Part shown: piece by piece, positions 17,993 to 26,290 of the stretch
Position numbering within the stretch: position 1 is the stretch's first letter
Layout of the letters: every line of letters starts with the position of its first letter
Source: Candidatus Falkowbacteria bacterium
Lineage (GTDB): Bacteria; Patescibacteriota; Patescibacteriia; UBA11705; JABHMO01
Assembly: GCA_016214755.1 (NCBI GenBank)
Contig: JACRNX010000030.1
Coordinates: 1-62,686 of the forward strand
Direction of reading: 5' to 3'
DNA: 62,686 nucleotides
Program-made: the position numbers and the translations under genes
Notes under the pieces: generated by a model
What the model saw: only the letters and a program-made list of their open reading frames with translations
Told to the model about the DNA's origin: nothing
The model's database searches: none

Positions 17993-19081
17993 TTAAATTA
18001 AAACGTACGTCATATTGCCGATGTTTTTCACTCGGCCTTTGATTTCGAGGAGCATTAAAGCGGCGTTGATTTCAATAATGGATAAATCGCTGCGCCGGAC
18101 CAGCTCATTGACATGCAATGGTTCAACGCGCAAAAATTTTAGAATGGCCGCCTCTTCCGGCGAAGCGGGAATGGTCTCGTCTGTTTTTTGGACGCCGTCG
18201 AATCGCTTGATATTCAATTCTTCAAAAATATCTTCCGCGCTGGCGACAAGTTTGGCGCCCTTTTTTATTAACTCATTCGCGCCAATGGACATTTGATTCG
18301 TTATGTTGCCGGGCACGGCGAACACCTCGCGGTTTTGTTCAAGCGCGAAGCGGGCGGTGATGAGCGCGCCGGATGATTCGCCCGCTTCTACGACGAGCAC
18401 GCCCAGAGACAAGCCGGCGATTACGCGATTGCGCGTTGGAAAATGATGGCGTAGAGGCAGAGTACCTGGAGAATATTCAGAAACAAGCAATCCGCCTTTG
18501 GCGATGATTTCTTCTGCCAGCGGCCGATTGACAGATGGATAAATGTTTTGTTTGTCCAGTCCAGAACCGAGCACGGCGGCGGTTAGTCCATTATGCGCGA
18601 GGCAGGCAATGTGGGCCGCGGCGTCAACGCCGAGCGCTAGTCCGCTGACGATGAACATCTTTTCCGCGACCAATTCAGCCACGATTTTTTCGGTAACTAA
18701 TTTGCCGTAAGCCGTGATTTTGCGCGTGCCGACAACCGCGATCGCCTGATTAGTTAAATTATTTAGCTCGCCTTTGTAATAAAGGATAAACGGCGGGCTG
18801 TAAATTTCTTTCAATAATTCGGGATAACGTTCCTCGGCGATGGTGATGGTGTTGATTTTTTCAGCGTTTAATTTTTCCAGTTCTTGGTCAGGATTAATTT
18901 CTTTTCGCGTCAAAATAAATTCTTCCGCGAATTCCTGATTGATTCCCGCGCGGATAAGTTCAGCCAGCGGCGCTGTCCACGCTTCTTTTAAAGAAGGAAA
19001 ATAGGCGCGCAGGGCGCTGATTTTTTGAAAGCCGAATTTATTCACGGCTGAAAAGGCGAGCCAGTATTTTAAATCAGACAT
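17993..19081 (-). CDS. dprA: DNA processing protein DprA (Smf)
   Basis: IAVVGTRKITAYG, SGLALGVDAAAH, VVEAGESSGALITA and a C-terminal winged-helix-like tail. The start is set at MSDLKYW (19081) because the upstream 29 codons are a REP palindrome and word repeats. Confidence 0.9.
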   Translation of the reverse strand: MSDLKYWLAFSAVNKFGFQKISALRAYFPSLKEAWTAPLAELIRAGINQEFAEEFILTRKEINPDQELEKLNAEKINTITIAEERYPELLKEIYSPPFILYYKGELNNLTNQAIAVVGTRKITAYGKLVTEKIVAELVAEKMFIVSGLALGVDAAAHIACLAHNGLTAAVLGSGLDKQNIYPSVNRPLAEEIIAKGGLLVSEYSPGTLPLRHHFPTRNRVIAGLSLGVLVVEAGESSGALITARFALEQNREVFAVPGNITNQMSIGANELIKKGAKLVASAEDIFEELNIKRFDGVQKTDETIPASPEEAAILKFLRVEPLHVNELVRRSDLSIIEINAALMLLEIKGRVKNIGNMTYVLI

Positions 19082-19521
19082 ATCGTTTATAAGTTCAAAG
19101 CTCCAAGCACAAAGTCCAAAGTAAATTTTCCGCCAGAGGCGGATCCGCCTTCGGCGGAAAAATTTCAAATCTTCTATTTTCTAGATTCTACTTTCTATTT
19201 TCTATTTACAGATTACGAGTTACGGATTACCAACCCCGCGTCCCTTGTAGTAAACAGCAAACTTTTGAATTAGTCAAAAATTGTATAAAAAGAGAAGGCG
19301 GGTAATCTGTAATCCGTAACTCGTAATCCGTAATTTTTTAGACTACGAATTACAAATTTCGCTACGAATCTACGAATTTAGAAGTGGGAAGTTGGAGATT
19401 GGAAGTTAGGGATAGTTAAAAATCAAATCCAACTTCTCATCTCTCACCTCTAACCTCTCATATTTGTAAATCTTGTATTATAGTATTTTAGCTTAATTTG
19501 AAGAAAGGGAGATTAAAATCC

Positions 19522-19550
19522 TTGACTTTTCAGTCAAAGTATGCTATAAT
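19522..19550 (+). promoter_or_regulatory. Promoter TTGACT-17 nt-TATAAT
   Basis: -35 at 19522-19527 and -10 at 19545-19550. Confidence 0.6.
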
Positions 19551-19598
19551 TTAATGGTTCGTAGGTCATCAATCAACATACAAAACAAAGGAAATGAG

Positions 19599-19700
19599 AT
19601 GGAAGCAGTGGTGATGTTCGTCGGAATGTTCTGTGGCATGATCTTGGGACTCGGGATTTGCGCAGCAGGCGCCGCGATAATTCGCGGGGTGAAGGAGTAG
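19599..19700 (+). CDS. 33-aa hydrophobic small peptide (MEAVVMFVGMFCGMILGLGICAAGAAIIRGVKE)
   Basis: Not in the ORF track (<60 aa). AAGGAAA lies 6-8 nt upstream. It has its own promoter and terminator and a single predicted TM helix with a basic C-terminus. Confidence 0.5.
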   Translation: MEAVVMFVGMFCGMILGLGICAAGAAIIRGVKE

Positions 19701-19709
19701 TAGATAAAG

Positions 19710-19746
19710 CAGTCATATCTTCACAAGGTATGACTGTTTGCGTTTT
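19710..19746 (+). terminator. Intrinsic terminator of the small-peptide unit
   Basis: Stem CAGTCATA/TATGACTG, an 11-nt loop, then TTTGCGTTTT. Confidence 0.65.
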
Positions 19747-19806
19747 AAATGAAATTAAATTCCAATTACGATTTACGGATTACGAATTACGGATTACGAA
19801 TCAAGG

Positions 19807-19835
19807 TTGACAGGATTATTATTTCACGCTATAAT
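19807..19835 (+). promoter_or_regulatory. Consensus promoter TTGACA-17 nt-TATAAT
   Basis: -35 at 19807-19812 and -10 at 19830-19835. AAGGAGG follows at about 19849 and the ATG at 19861. Confidence 0.65.
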
Positions 19836-19860
19836 TGGCAGTCGTAAGAAGGAGGTAAAA

Positions 19861-21132
19861 ATGAGAGGTTTCATCGTGTTTTTGTTCTTTCCAATTATTG
19901 TTTCCTGTTTTGAGATTGAGGCAAAGCCGTCGAAGAAGCACTCTGTCCGACAAATTCAAAGCGCCAAACCAAAAACAACCGCGGTGGTTCCGTCGGAATC
20001 AGATAAGCCGAACGTCTGTCCGAGAAATCCAGCGCTGCCGGCTGATAAAATTGATGTTCAGGAAAGGATCTGCTCCGCGCGCGAGCTTTTGAAAAGCGAG
20101 CGCGCTGAAATGAAAATTTGCGAAAAGAAAAAGATGATTTGCCGCGGCAAAGGTACAAAGCGGCATTGCGGGATGGTTGTTACGGCCAAACCGATTTGCT
20201 ACCGGACAATCATTCTCGCTTCAATGGACGTAAAGACCGGCCGACTGGCGATTATCGAAATGATCAGGTTGAAAAATGGCAAATGGTCTAGGATAGGATA
20301 CGCCATTCATAGCGGCGCTAGCGACGGCGTTGACACTGAATACGAAGTCCGCTCGCCGCCGGGCCAAGTGGTGCTTGGGATTCAATATCCTCTCTCGTTG
20401 CGCACGCATCGAGGATTGGAGCGGGTGCGGGCGGTTTACACTCCGTATTCAGACGCGCTGGTTAACGCGTTTCCTGAATTGATCGAAGTCGGCTATTTGT
20501 ATCTGTTTCACGAACTTGAAGTCGCGCGCCAGAAAATTACTGAAGCTGGCGTTGACGTCGCGGACATTAATTGGGAAACGCTTTTCGCGCTTGTTCTCGT
20601 CGAGCATCTTACGAACGAAGTGGTGGAAGATAAAAATGTTGAAAGGGAAACGCGCCGCGTGCTCTCGACGATTGGCGCGAATCAGGAATTGGCCTATCGC
20701 TATTCCGTCTCCTCGGCAAAAGCGCGAGGAATCGCTCAAATAATCCCACGAACATGGAACGCGTTGCATCGCCGGTATCCGAAATTGGTTTCCGCTGATT
20801 TCTATCGCGGCACCGCGACACATTCAATCGCTCTTGTGACGCAGATATTGCTCGCCAAAGAAGACCTGAAATTTCTTTTTTCTCAAAAGGGATGGCGGAA
20901 AAATCCGAGCAGGCGGGAAGAATTTTTGCGCGATAGCCGCGGGGTTGGCGAATATCTGGCGCTGGCGTACAATGGCGGCGCGCCGCGCGCTTACCGCTGG
21001 CTTGAGAGCGGAAAAAAAATCGCCTTGCCGCGCGAAGGTCTGCGTTACATTCAGAAATTCAATCAGGTTTGGAAATGGCACCAAGACGTAAAACGCCGAA
21101 CCAGCCGCGCTCAGGGAAAATTAGCTCTATAA
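19861..21132 (+). CDS. Secreted hypothetical protein, possibly lytic-transglycosylase-like
   Basis: Signal peptide MRGFIVFLFFPIIVSCFEIEA. The C-terminal part contains ..SSAKARGIAQIIPRTWNAL.., reminiscent of the SLT G-x-x-Q-I motif; the product call is tentative. The start was moved to 19861 (promoter and RBS). Confidence 0.7.
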   Translation: MRGFIVFLFFPIIVSCFEIEAKPSKKHSVRQIQSAKPKTTAVVPSESDKPNVCPRNPALPADKIDVQERICSARELLKSERAEMKICEKKKMICRGKGTKRHCGMVVTAKPICYRTIILASMDVKTGRLAIIEMIRLKNGKWSRIGYAIHSGASDGVDTEYEVRSPPGQVVLGIQYPLSLRTHRGLERVRAVYTPYSDALVNAFPELIEVGYLYLFHELEVARQKITEAGVDVADINWETLFALVLVEHLTNEVVEDKNVERETRRVLSTIGANQELAYRYSVSSAKARGIAQIIPRTWNALHRRYPKLVSADFYRGTATHSIALVTQILLAKEDLKFLFSQKGWRKNPSRREEFLRDSRGVGEYLALAYNGGAPRAYRWLESGKKIALPREGLRYIQKFNQVWKWHQDVKRRTSRAQGKLAL

Positions 21133-21413
21133 AGAATTCAGCAAGACAAGACAAGCAAGACAAGTAAAACAAGCAAGACAAGCGGGACGAGTCATCGCTT
21201 GTCAACGCTCGTCAACGCTTGTTTTGCTGACCTTGCTGTTTATCGCCGATTGCGATACGCTTGAAAGGCGAGTTCTCTTCTGCTGAAAGCCAAATCAGTG
21301 CTTGATAGCGAAGCAGAATATCGCTCTGTCTGCGCTGTCATCTTGTTCAAGTCCCACCAACATTCTTCTATTAATCTTTCATATCATCCTCAGAAGCAGA
21401 GGAGAATGAGCAG

Positions 21414-21449
21414 CGCCCCGGCACGACAATCGTGACGAGGCGTTTTTTT
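21414..21449 (+). terminator. Intrinsic terminator about 280 nt after the 19861..21132 stop
   Basis: Imperfect GC stem (CGCCCCGGCACGA-caa-TCGTGACGAGGCG) followed by T7. Confidence 0.55.
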
Positions 21450-21495
21450 ATTGAATTTGATAGATCCTGTTACAAATTGAGAAATTGGCTACAAA

Positions 21496-22077
21496 TTACA
21501 AATCGCTACAAATGTTACGAATTGGTTTACTTGGCTTGCTGATCACTTGTAGAAGTTTCCCCATAATTTTTTCTTTAACAAAGTTCAACTTGATTTTTTC
21601 GAATAATGAAAAATTTTTTAGAACAAAATCAGCAGTGTCGCCTTGTTTGTTTTTTTCGCTTTTCCCGACGCCCACGCGCATCCGGATGAAGTTTTGCGTG
21701 CTGATGGCGTCAATAATGGACTGCACGCCGCGGTGGCCGGCGCTGGCGCGGTCGGTCTGGATTTTGAATTCGCCAAACGCAATGTCAACATCGTCGTGGA
21801 CAACGATTAAGTCCGCCGATTCGATTTTATAAAATGACAGCAGCAATTGCGCCGCCTGGCCGGAATTGTTCATAAAAGTCAGGGGTTTGGCGAGAATAAT
21901 TTTTTCGTCATTCAAATTGCCTTCGGAAATTTCCGCTTGGAATTTTTTGCTTTCGCGCCAATCGGAAAAGCTGTTTGCCAATTTTTTTTGCAGGCAGTCG
22001 AGAACCATGAAGCCAACGTTGTGCCGCGTGTTTTTGTATTTTTCTCCGGGATTGCCCAGCCCAATTATTATTTTCAT
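21496..22077 (-). CDS. pth: Peptidyl-tRNA hydrolase
   Basis: MKIIIGLGNPGEKYKNTRHNVGF.. and ..VVHDDVD.. motifs; length is typical. Confidence 0.92.
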   Translation of the reverse strand: MKIIIGLGNPGEKYKNTRHNVGFMVLDCLQKKLANSFSDWRESKKFQAEISEGNLNDEKIILAKPLTFMNNSGQAAQLLLSFYKIESADLIVVHDDVDIAFGEFKIQTDRASAGHRGVQSIIDAISTQNFIRMRVGVGKSEKNKQGDTADFVLKNFSLFEKIKLNFVKEKIMGKLLQVISKPSKPIRNICSDL

Positions 22078-22161
22078 AATGTTAAAATCATGGATAGAAT
22101 TTAGAATCTAGAAAGTAGAATGTAGAAGTATGTTAGAGGGTGCATTTAAAAATTCTAAATT

Positions 22162-23619
22162 CTAGATTCTATTTTCTGTTAGCATTAATTTGATGCCGCA
22201 GCCGGGAAATTTAAAATATTCCCTGATCGCGCTGACGATGAAACGCCGGTAGGGAAAAACGAGATTGTCCGCGTTATCGGCGATGATTTCAAAAGTAAGC
22301 GGCGATACTCCGCGCTGTTTGATTCCGCGGATATAGGGGGACATGAAGCCCGAGCCGCGAGGCGGCGTTTTTCTTCGCAACAGATAACGTTTAAATTCAT
22401 TTAATTGTTCTTGGCTGATTTTTTGGCGTTCAGATTCGAAAATTTCAATCGTCATTCTTACCAGCCGCTCGACCCTTCGACTCGCCCCGACGGACGTCGG
22501 GGCTCGCTCAGGGTGTCGCCCATCCCGAGTCGAAGAGTCATCTTGCCTATGGGGCTCCACTTTGGCGCCGGTTTTCGCCGAGAGGAAGATAATCGGCGCC
22601 CAGGTCAGAAACGGGAAAAAGCGGTGGAGATAGAGCGCGTATTCTTTGTCGCTTTTCGTGGTTTTATTCGGGAAGAGGTCCCATTTATTCACGATGAAAA
22701 TCAACGATTTGTTTTGTTCCAAAATTTCATTGGCTAAATTTTTATCTTGTTCGGTAATCGGTTCGCTGGCGTCAATTAAAAGAAGGCAGATGTCGCTTTT
22801 TTTAATGGCCGTCAAACTTCGCTCAATGCTTCTTTCTTTTAATTCATCTTTTATTTTTCGGTGTTTGATGATGCCAGCCGTGTCAACAAAAGTGAGATGA
22901 TATGTTTTCTCGTTTTGGACGCGTTCGATCGTCATGTCTTGGCTGTCGCGGGTGGTGTGGGGAACAGGGGAGACGATGGCGCGCTCTTCGCCGACGAGTT
23001 TGTTGAACAGCGACGACTTGCCGACATTCGGCTTGCCGATGATCGCGATTTTAATTGAGTTGTATCCAGGCGCATCGTCGGGCGAAATCCGCGCATCATT
23101 GTTTTTGAATTGCCGCCTTAGTTCGTCCAACACGCCATCCAATAAATCGCCGGTGCCGCCGCCGGTTTTCGCGGAAATGGCGAACACGTCTTTAAATCCT
23201 AATTGATAAAAATCCGCCGCTCGGCTCAAATGTTTGGCTGAATCAATTTTGTTGACCACGACGAGCGTTGGTTTTTTTGATTTTTGAATAATTCTCGCGA
23301 ACTGATTGTCCTGGGGCAGGAGCCCGTCTTTTCCGTCCACGACGAACAAAATCAAATCCGCTTCTTTGATTGATTTTTCCGCTTGGCCGGCGGAAAGCCG
23401 ATCAATTTCTTCTTCTCCTGAAACATCGAGTCCGGCGGTGTCAACAATCGTGAATTGCTGTTTGTCCCAGCCGCAAATTCCAAAACGCCGGTCGCGGGTG
23501 GTGCCGGCGATTCTCGAGGTGAGCGCTTTTTTGTCGCCGACTAAGCGGTTGAACAGCGTTGATTTGCCGACATTGGTGCGGCCGATGATGGCGACAAGGG
23601 GGAGCTTGGTATATGTCAT
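22162..23619 (-). CDS. der: Ribosome-associated GTPase Der/EngA (with an in-frame palindrome insertion)
   Basis: Two G domains (GRTNVGKSTLFNRL, DTAG; GKPNVGKSSLFNKL, DTAG, NKWD) plus a KH-like C-terminus. The start is at MTYTKLPL (23619), 13 nt after the upstream stop. Confidence 0.92.
   Translation of the reverse strand: MTYTKLPLVAIIGRTNVGKSTLFNRLVGDKKALTSRIAGTTRDRRFGICGWDKQQFTIVDTAGLDVSGEEEIDRLSAGQAEKSIKEADLILFVVDGKDGLLPQDNQFARIIQKSKKPTLVVVNKIDSAKHLSRAADFYQLGFKDVFAISAKTGGGTGDLLDGVLDELRRQFKNNDARISPDDAPGYNSIKIAIIGKPNVGKSSLFNKLVGEERAIVSPVPHTTRDSQDMTIERVQNEKTYHLTFVDTAGIIKHRKIKDELKERSIERSLTAIKKSDICLLLIDASEPITEQDKNLANEILEQNKSLIFIVNKWDLFPNKTTKSDKEYALYLHRFFPFLTWAPIIFLSAKTGAKVEPHRQDDSSTRDGRHPERAPTSVGASRRVERLVRMTIEIFESERQKISQEQLNEFKRYLLRRKTPPRGSGFMSPYIRGIKQRGVSPLTFEIIADNADNLVFPYRRFIVSAIREYFKFPGCGIKLMLTENRI
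22462..22556 (-). repeat. REP-like palindrome inserted in frame in der
   Basis: Minus-strand CACCCTGAGCGAGCCCCGACG-tc-CGTCGGGGCGAGTCGAAGGGTCG encodes ..EPHRQDDSSTRDGRHPERAPTSVGASRRVERLV.. between the G2 domain and the KH domain. Confidence 0.7.
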
Positions 23620-23632
23620 ATATGACTTGCTC

Positions 23633-25051
23633 TTATTCTTCTTCCGCGTTTGCTCCAAGAACAATGAAAAAATCCAAATCCGGCGTCGCTTCACTCATTA
23701 TCCAATCAGGAATTTCGTTTCCCGAGAGCATCGTGGACTGGTATTTTTTTTCTAAAAGTTGAACTTGGTCTTTTTGCTCGCGCGTTGAAATTTTAAAAAT
23801 TTGCGTCGCGGTTTTATTTTGCTCCGGCGCGTTGCCGATTTTCAAAACGCGGAATCCCAGCAGTTTCAGTTCCTGCGAGTGGCGCGAGGCCAAACCGCTG
23901 ATTTCCGTGCCGTTCCTGATTTCAACGGTAATCGGCTTGTTTTCCGCGATAATCTGTTCGCTTTGAAAAACGTTTTTTACCAGATATTGAATTTGGTTGA
24001 AGTCGTCTCCTTTTGGCTGAAGAACGTACGCTTCATTAACGATATTGGCGTAAAGAAGTCCGCTTTCGCTGTCGTCTAAAACTTTAGTAATGATATTTTT
24101 TGCGTCAACTTTCTCGATCAGCTTGGCGAGAACAATCGCCTCCCATGGTTCCATATTGGTTTTAAAATTATCGGAAAGCGTATTCGACAATTTGCTGATT
24201 TTTCTGGGAGATAAGAAAAAGCTGTAAGAAAGAACTCGTTCTTTGAATGCTTCTAAAATTTTTTGCTGGCGCTTGCTTCTGGCGAAATCCGACCCTTCGC
24301 CATTGTTGCCGTGCCGCGAGCGCGCGAATTTCAGCGCCGTGTCTCCGTCCATCGTTTGCAGGCCGGCTTCGAACGAAACGACTTGGTATTTGAAATCCGC
24401 GGTTGGATATTGAAAATCAGTGAAAGCGCGCTCAACGTTGATTTTTAATCCGCCGAGGTCGTCAATGATTTTTTCAAAGCTGGAAAAATCCACCCGCACG
24501 TAATATTGGATGGGAATATCCAATGTTTTTTCCAGCGTCTGGCTGGCGAGCATGGGTCCGCTGCCGAATTCTTTTTGCTCGCCAAAAGCGTTCGCGTTAT
24601 TGATTTTCCACCAGCCGAATGCCGGTATGTTCACAAGTAAGTCGCGCGGGATAGAAATGAGCGCCATCTTTTGGGTGGATGGCTTGACGCTGGCGACGAT
24701 AACCGTGTCTGTTAAATACGGCCCTTCGTGCCCGGCGCCGCCCATGCCGAGAAGGAGGATGTTGATTCTGTCGTCTGTTTCGCCTTTAAGATTGTTGCCA
24801 TCCAATGCTAAACTGCTTAATTGTTTGAGAATATTAATTTTGCCGTTAAAGACTTCGCTGATGCTATTGCCGGTGAAAATCACTTGGTAGGAAAAAATGA
24901 AAAAAGCGATTGTCATGATTATCAGCAAATACAAAATGAAGCGGCTGACGCGGAAAATTTTCCGTCCGTGCGGTTGTTGGTTGTCGCTCGGCGACAAAAG
25001 ATTAATCCGTCCGTCGAGCACTTGCTTTCTGGCTTCAAATCCGTCCTGCAT
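23633..25051 (-). CDS. LytR-CpsA-Psr (LCP) family protein
   Basis: N-terminal TM helix, then ILLLGMGGAGHEGPYLTDTVIVASV..ISIPRDL..FARSRHG.. motifs. Confidence 0.85.
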   Translation of the reverse strand: MQDGFEARKQVLDGRINLLSPSDNQQPHGRKIFRVSRFILYLLIIMTIAFFIFSYQVIFTGNSISEVFNGKINILKQLSSLALDGNNLKGETDDRINILLLGMGGAGHEGPYLTDTVIVASVKPSTQKMALISIPRDLLVNIPAFGWWKINNANAFGEQKEFGSGPMLASQTLEKTLDIPIQYYVRVDFSSFEKIIDDLGGLKINVERAFTDFQYPTADFKYQVVSFEAGLQTMDGDTALKFARSRHGNNGEGSDFARSKRQQKILEAFKERVLSYSFFLSPRKISKLSNTLSDNFKTNMEPWEAIVLAKLIEKVDAKNIITKVLDDSESGLLYANIVNEAYVLQPKGDDFNQIQYLVKNVFQSEQIIAENKPITVEIRNGTEISGLASRHSQELKLLGFRVLKIGNAPEQNKTATQIFKISTREQKDQVQLLEKKYQSTMLSGNEIPDWIMSEATPDLDFFIVLGANAEEE

Positions 25052-25134
25052 AAAAGAAATAACAAAAAGTCCTCCCGCTAATTATATGTTAAAATCAGTT
25101 AATTAGCAAGCATGAAAGGATAATTTTGATGGAG

Positions 25135-25163
25135 TTGAAGTTGTTCTAAAAGTGTGATATGAT
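25135..25163 (+). promoter_or_regulatory. Promoter TTGAAG-17 nt-TATGAT (TGn extended -10) for lepB
   Basis: -35 at 25135-25140 and -10 at 25158-25163, preceded by TGA. An 80-nt word hairpin (25168-25241) lies in the leader. Confidence 0.5.
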
Positions 25164-25247
25164 GTTTAAAAGTAAAAATGAAAAATGAAAAAGTAAAAAG
25201 TGAAGCGGTTTTTCCTTTTTCATTTTCAATTTTTACTTTTTAACCTT

Positions 25248-25847
25248 ATGCCCTTTGTCACCCGTTATTCAGAGCCAAAATTAACGCCCGCCCAAAAAGC
25301 CATTCATTTTGTTTGGGATTTGTTGAAAGTGGTCTGTGTTTCCCTAGCCATCATCATTCCCGTGCGCTATTTTTTGATTCAACCGTTTTACGTTAAAGGC
25401 GCGTCAATGGAGCCATCTTTTTTTGACCATGAATATTTGATTATTGATGAAATAGGTTACCGGTTCGGCGAGCCGAAACGCGGCGATATTGTTGTCTTTA
25501 AATATCCAAAAGACCCGTCGCTGTATTTTATTAAAAGAATCATCGGTTTGCCGGGAGAAACCGTGGAAATCGCTGACAGCAAGGTTTATATTCATCCAGC
25601 GGAGCCGGGCGCGCCTAAGTTTATTTTAGACGAGGAAAATTATTTGTCGTCGGAGGTTAATACTTTCGGAAATAAAACCTGGGTTCTCGGCGCGGACGAT
25701 TATTACGTGCTCGGCGATAATCGCGAGTCCAGTTTGGATTCGCGGACATTCGGCCCGGTTTTTCGCGAACTTATTGTCGGCAAGGTTTGGTTTCGCGGCT
25801 GGCCAGTCGCGCGGGTTGGGTTGTTTCCGTCGGTCAAATATGAATAA
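25248..25847 (+). CDS. lepB: Signal peptidase I
   Basis: S26 motifs: VKGASMEPSF (Ser), YFIKRIIGLPGE (Lys), VLGDNRESSLDSR. The start is at the ATG at 25248 because the upstream codons of the track ORF are the hairpin arm. Confidence 0.9.
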   Translation: MPFVTRYSEPKLTPAQKAIHFVWDLLKVVCVSLAIIIPVRYFLIQPFYVKGASMEPSFFDHEYLIIDEIGYRFGEPKRGDIVVFKYPKDPSLYFIKRIIGLPGETVEIADSKVYIHPAEPGAPKFILDEENYLSSEVNTFGNKTWVLGADDYYVLGDNRESSLDSRTFGPVFRELIVGKVWFRGWPVARVGLFPSVKYE

Positions 25848-25867
25848 GTTAAAAGTTAAAACTGAAA

Positions 25868-26245
25868 ATGGAAAACGAAAAGGAAAAATTTAAAACCGAA
25901 CTAAAGCGTCGAATTTATACATGGATTCTTCGCCTTATTAAATTTTTAGATAGTTCGCCAAAAGATACCATAACTTATCGGGTTGTCGATCAATTATTTA
26001 GAAGCGGCGGCAGTATTGGCGCGAATTATATTGAAGCTCAAGCATCAAGTTCCAAAAAGGATTTTGTTAATTTTCTACATCATTCTCTTAAGTCTGCAAA
26101 TGAATCAAAGTTTTGGTTGGCGATTCTTAGAGATACCAAACGCGGAGATGCGGAGAAAATTAATTTGCTTCTTGACGAACTTATTGAAATTGCCAATATT
26201 TTAGGCGCCAGTATCTTAACCGTTAAAGGCAAAAGAAAGTTTTAG
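25868..26245 (+). CDS. Four-helix-bundle protein (23S rRNA intervening-sequence protein / Avd-like family)
   Basis: ..RSGGSIGANYIEAQASSSKKDFVNFLHHSLKSANESKFWL.. matches the family signature (s-I-x-a-N-I-a-E...f..fl..a.gS..E). The size of 125 aa is typical. Confidence 0.85.
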   Translation: MENEKEKFKTELKRRIYTWILRLIKFLDSSPKDTITYRVVDQLFRSGGSIGANYIEAQASSSKKDFVNFLHHSLKSANESKFWLAILRDTKRGDAEKINLLLDELIEIANILGASILTVKGKRKF

Positions 26246-26290
26246 ATTGTCAATTTTCGTTTTTCATTTTTACTTTTTAATTTTATTTTT

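Noticed and set aside
19160-19500. Periodic short repeats (TAGAA, AATCCGTA, ATTACGAA, GGAAGTTGG words) that at first glance look like a CRISPR array.
   Set aside because: The units are 5-10 nt words in degenerate tandem runs with no unique spacers of 25-40 nt. They occur as inverted arms of hairpins, and no cas genes are present.
21133-21413. The 280-nt untranslated tail before a terminator considered as tmRNA, SRP RNA, 6S RNA or RNase P RNA.
   Set aside because: No tRNA-like end, tag reading frame, SRP domain IV motif (GGAA/AGCA loops) or RNase P GAGGAAAGUCC motif could be found. It is left unassigned.
25868-26245. The four-helix-bundle genes as Avd components of a diversity-generating retroelement.
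   Set aside because: No reverse transcriptase and no template/variable repeat pair is present in the window, so a DGR cannot be supported here.
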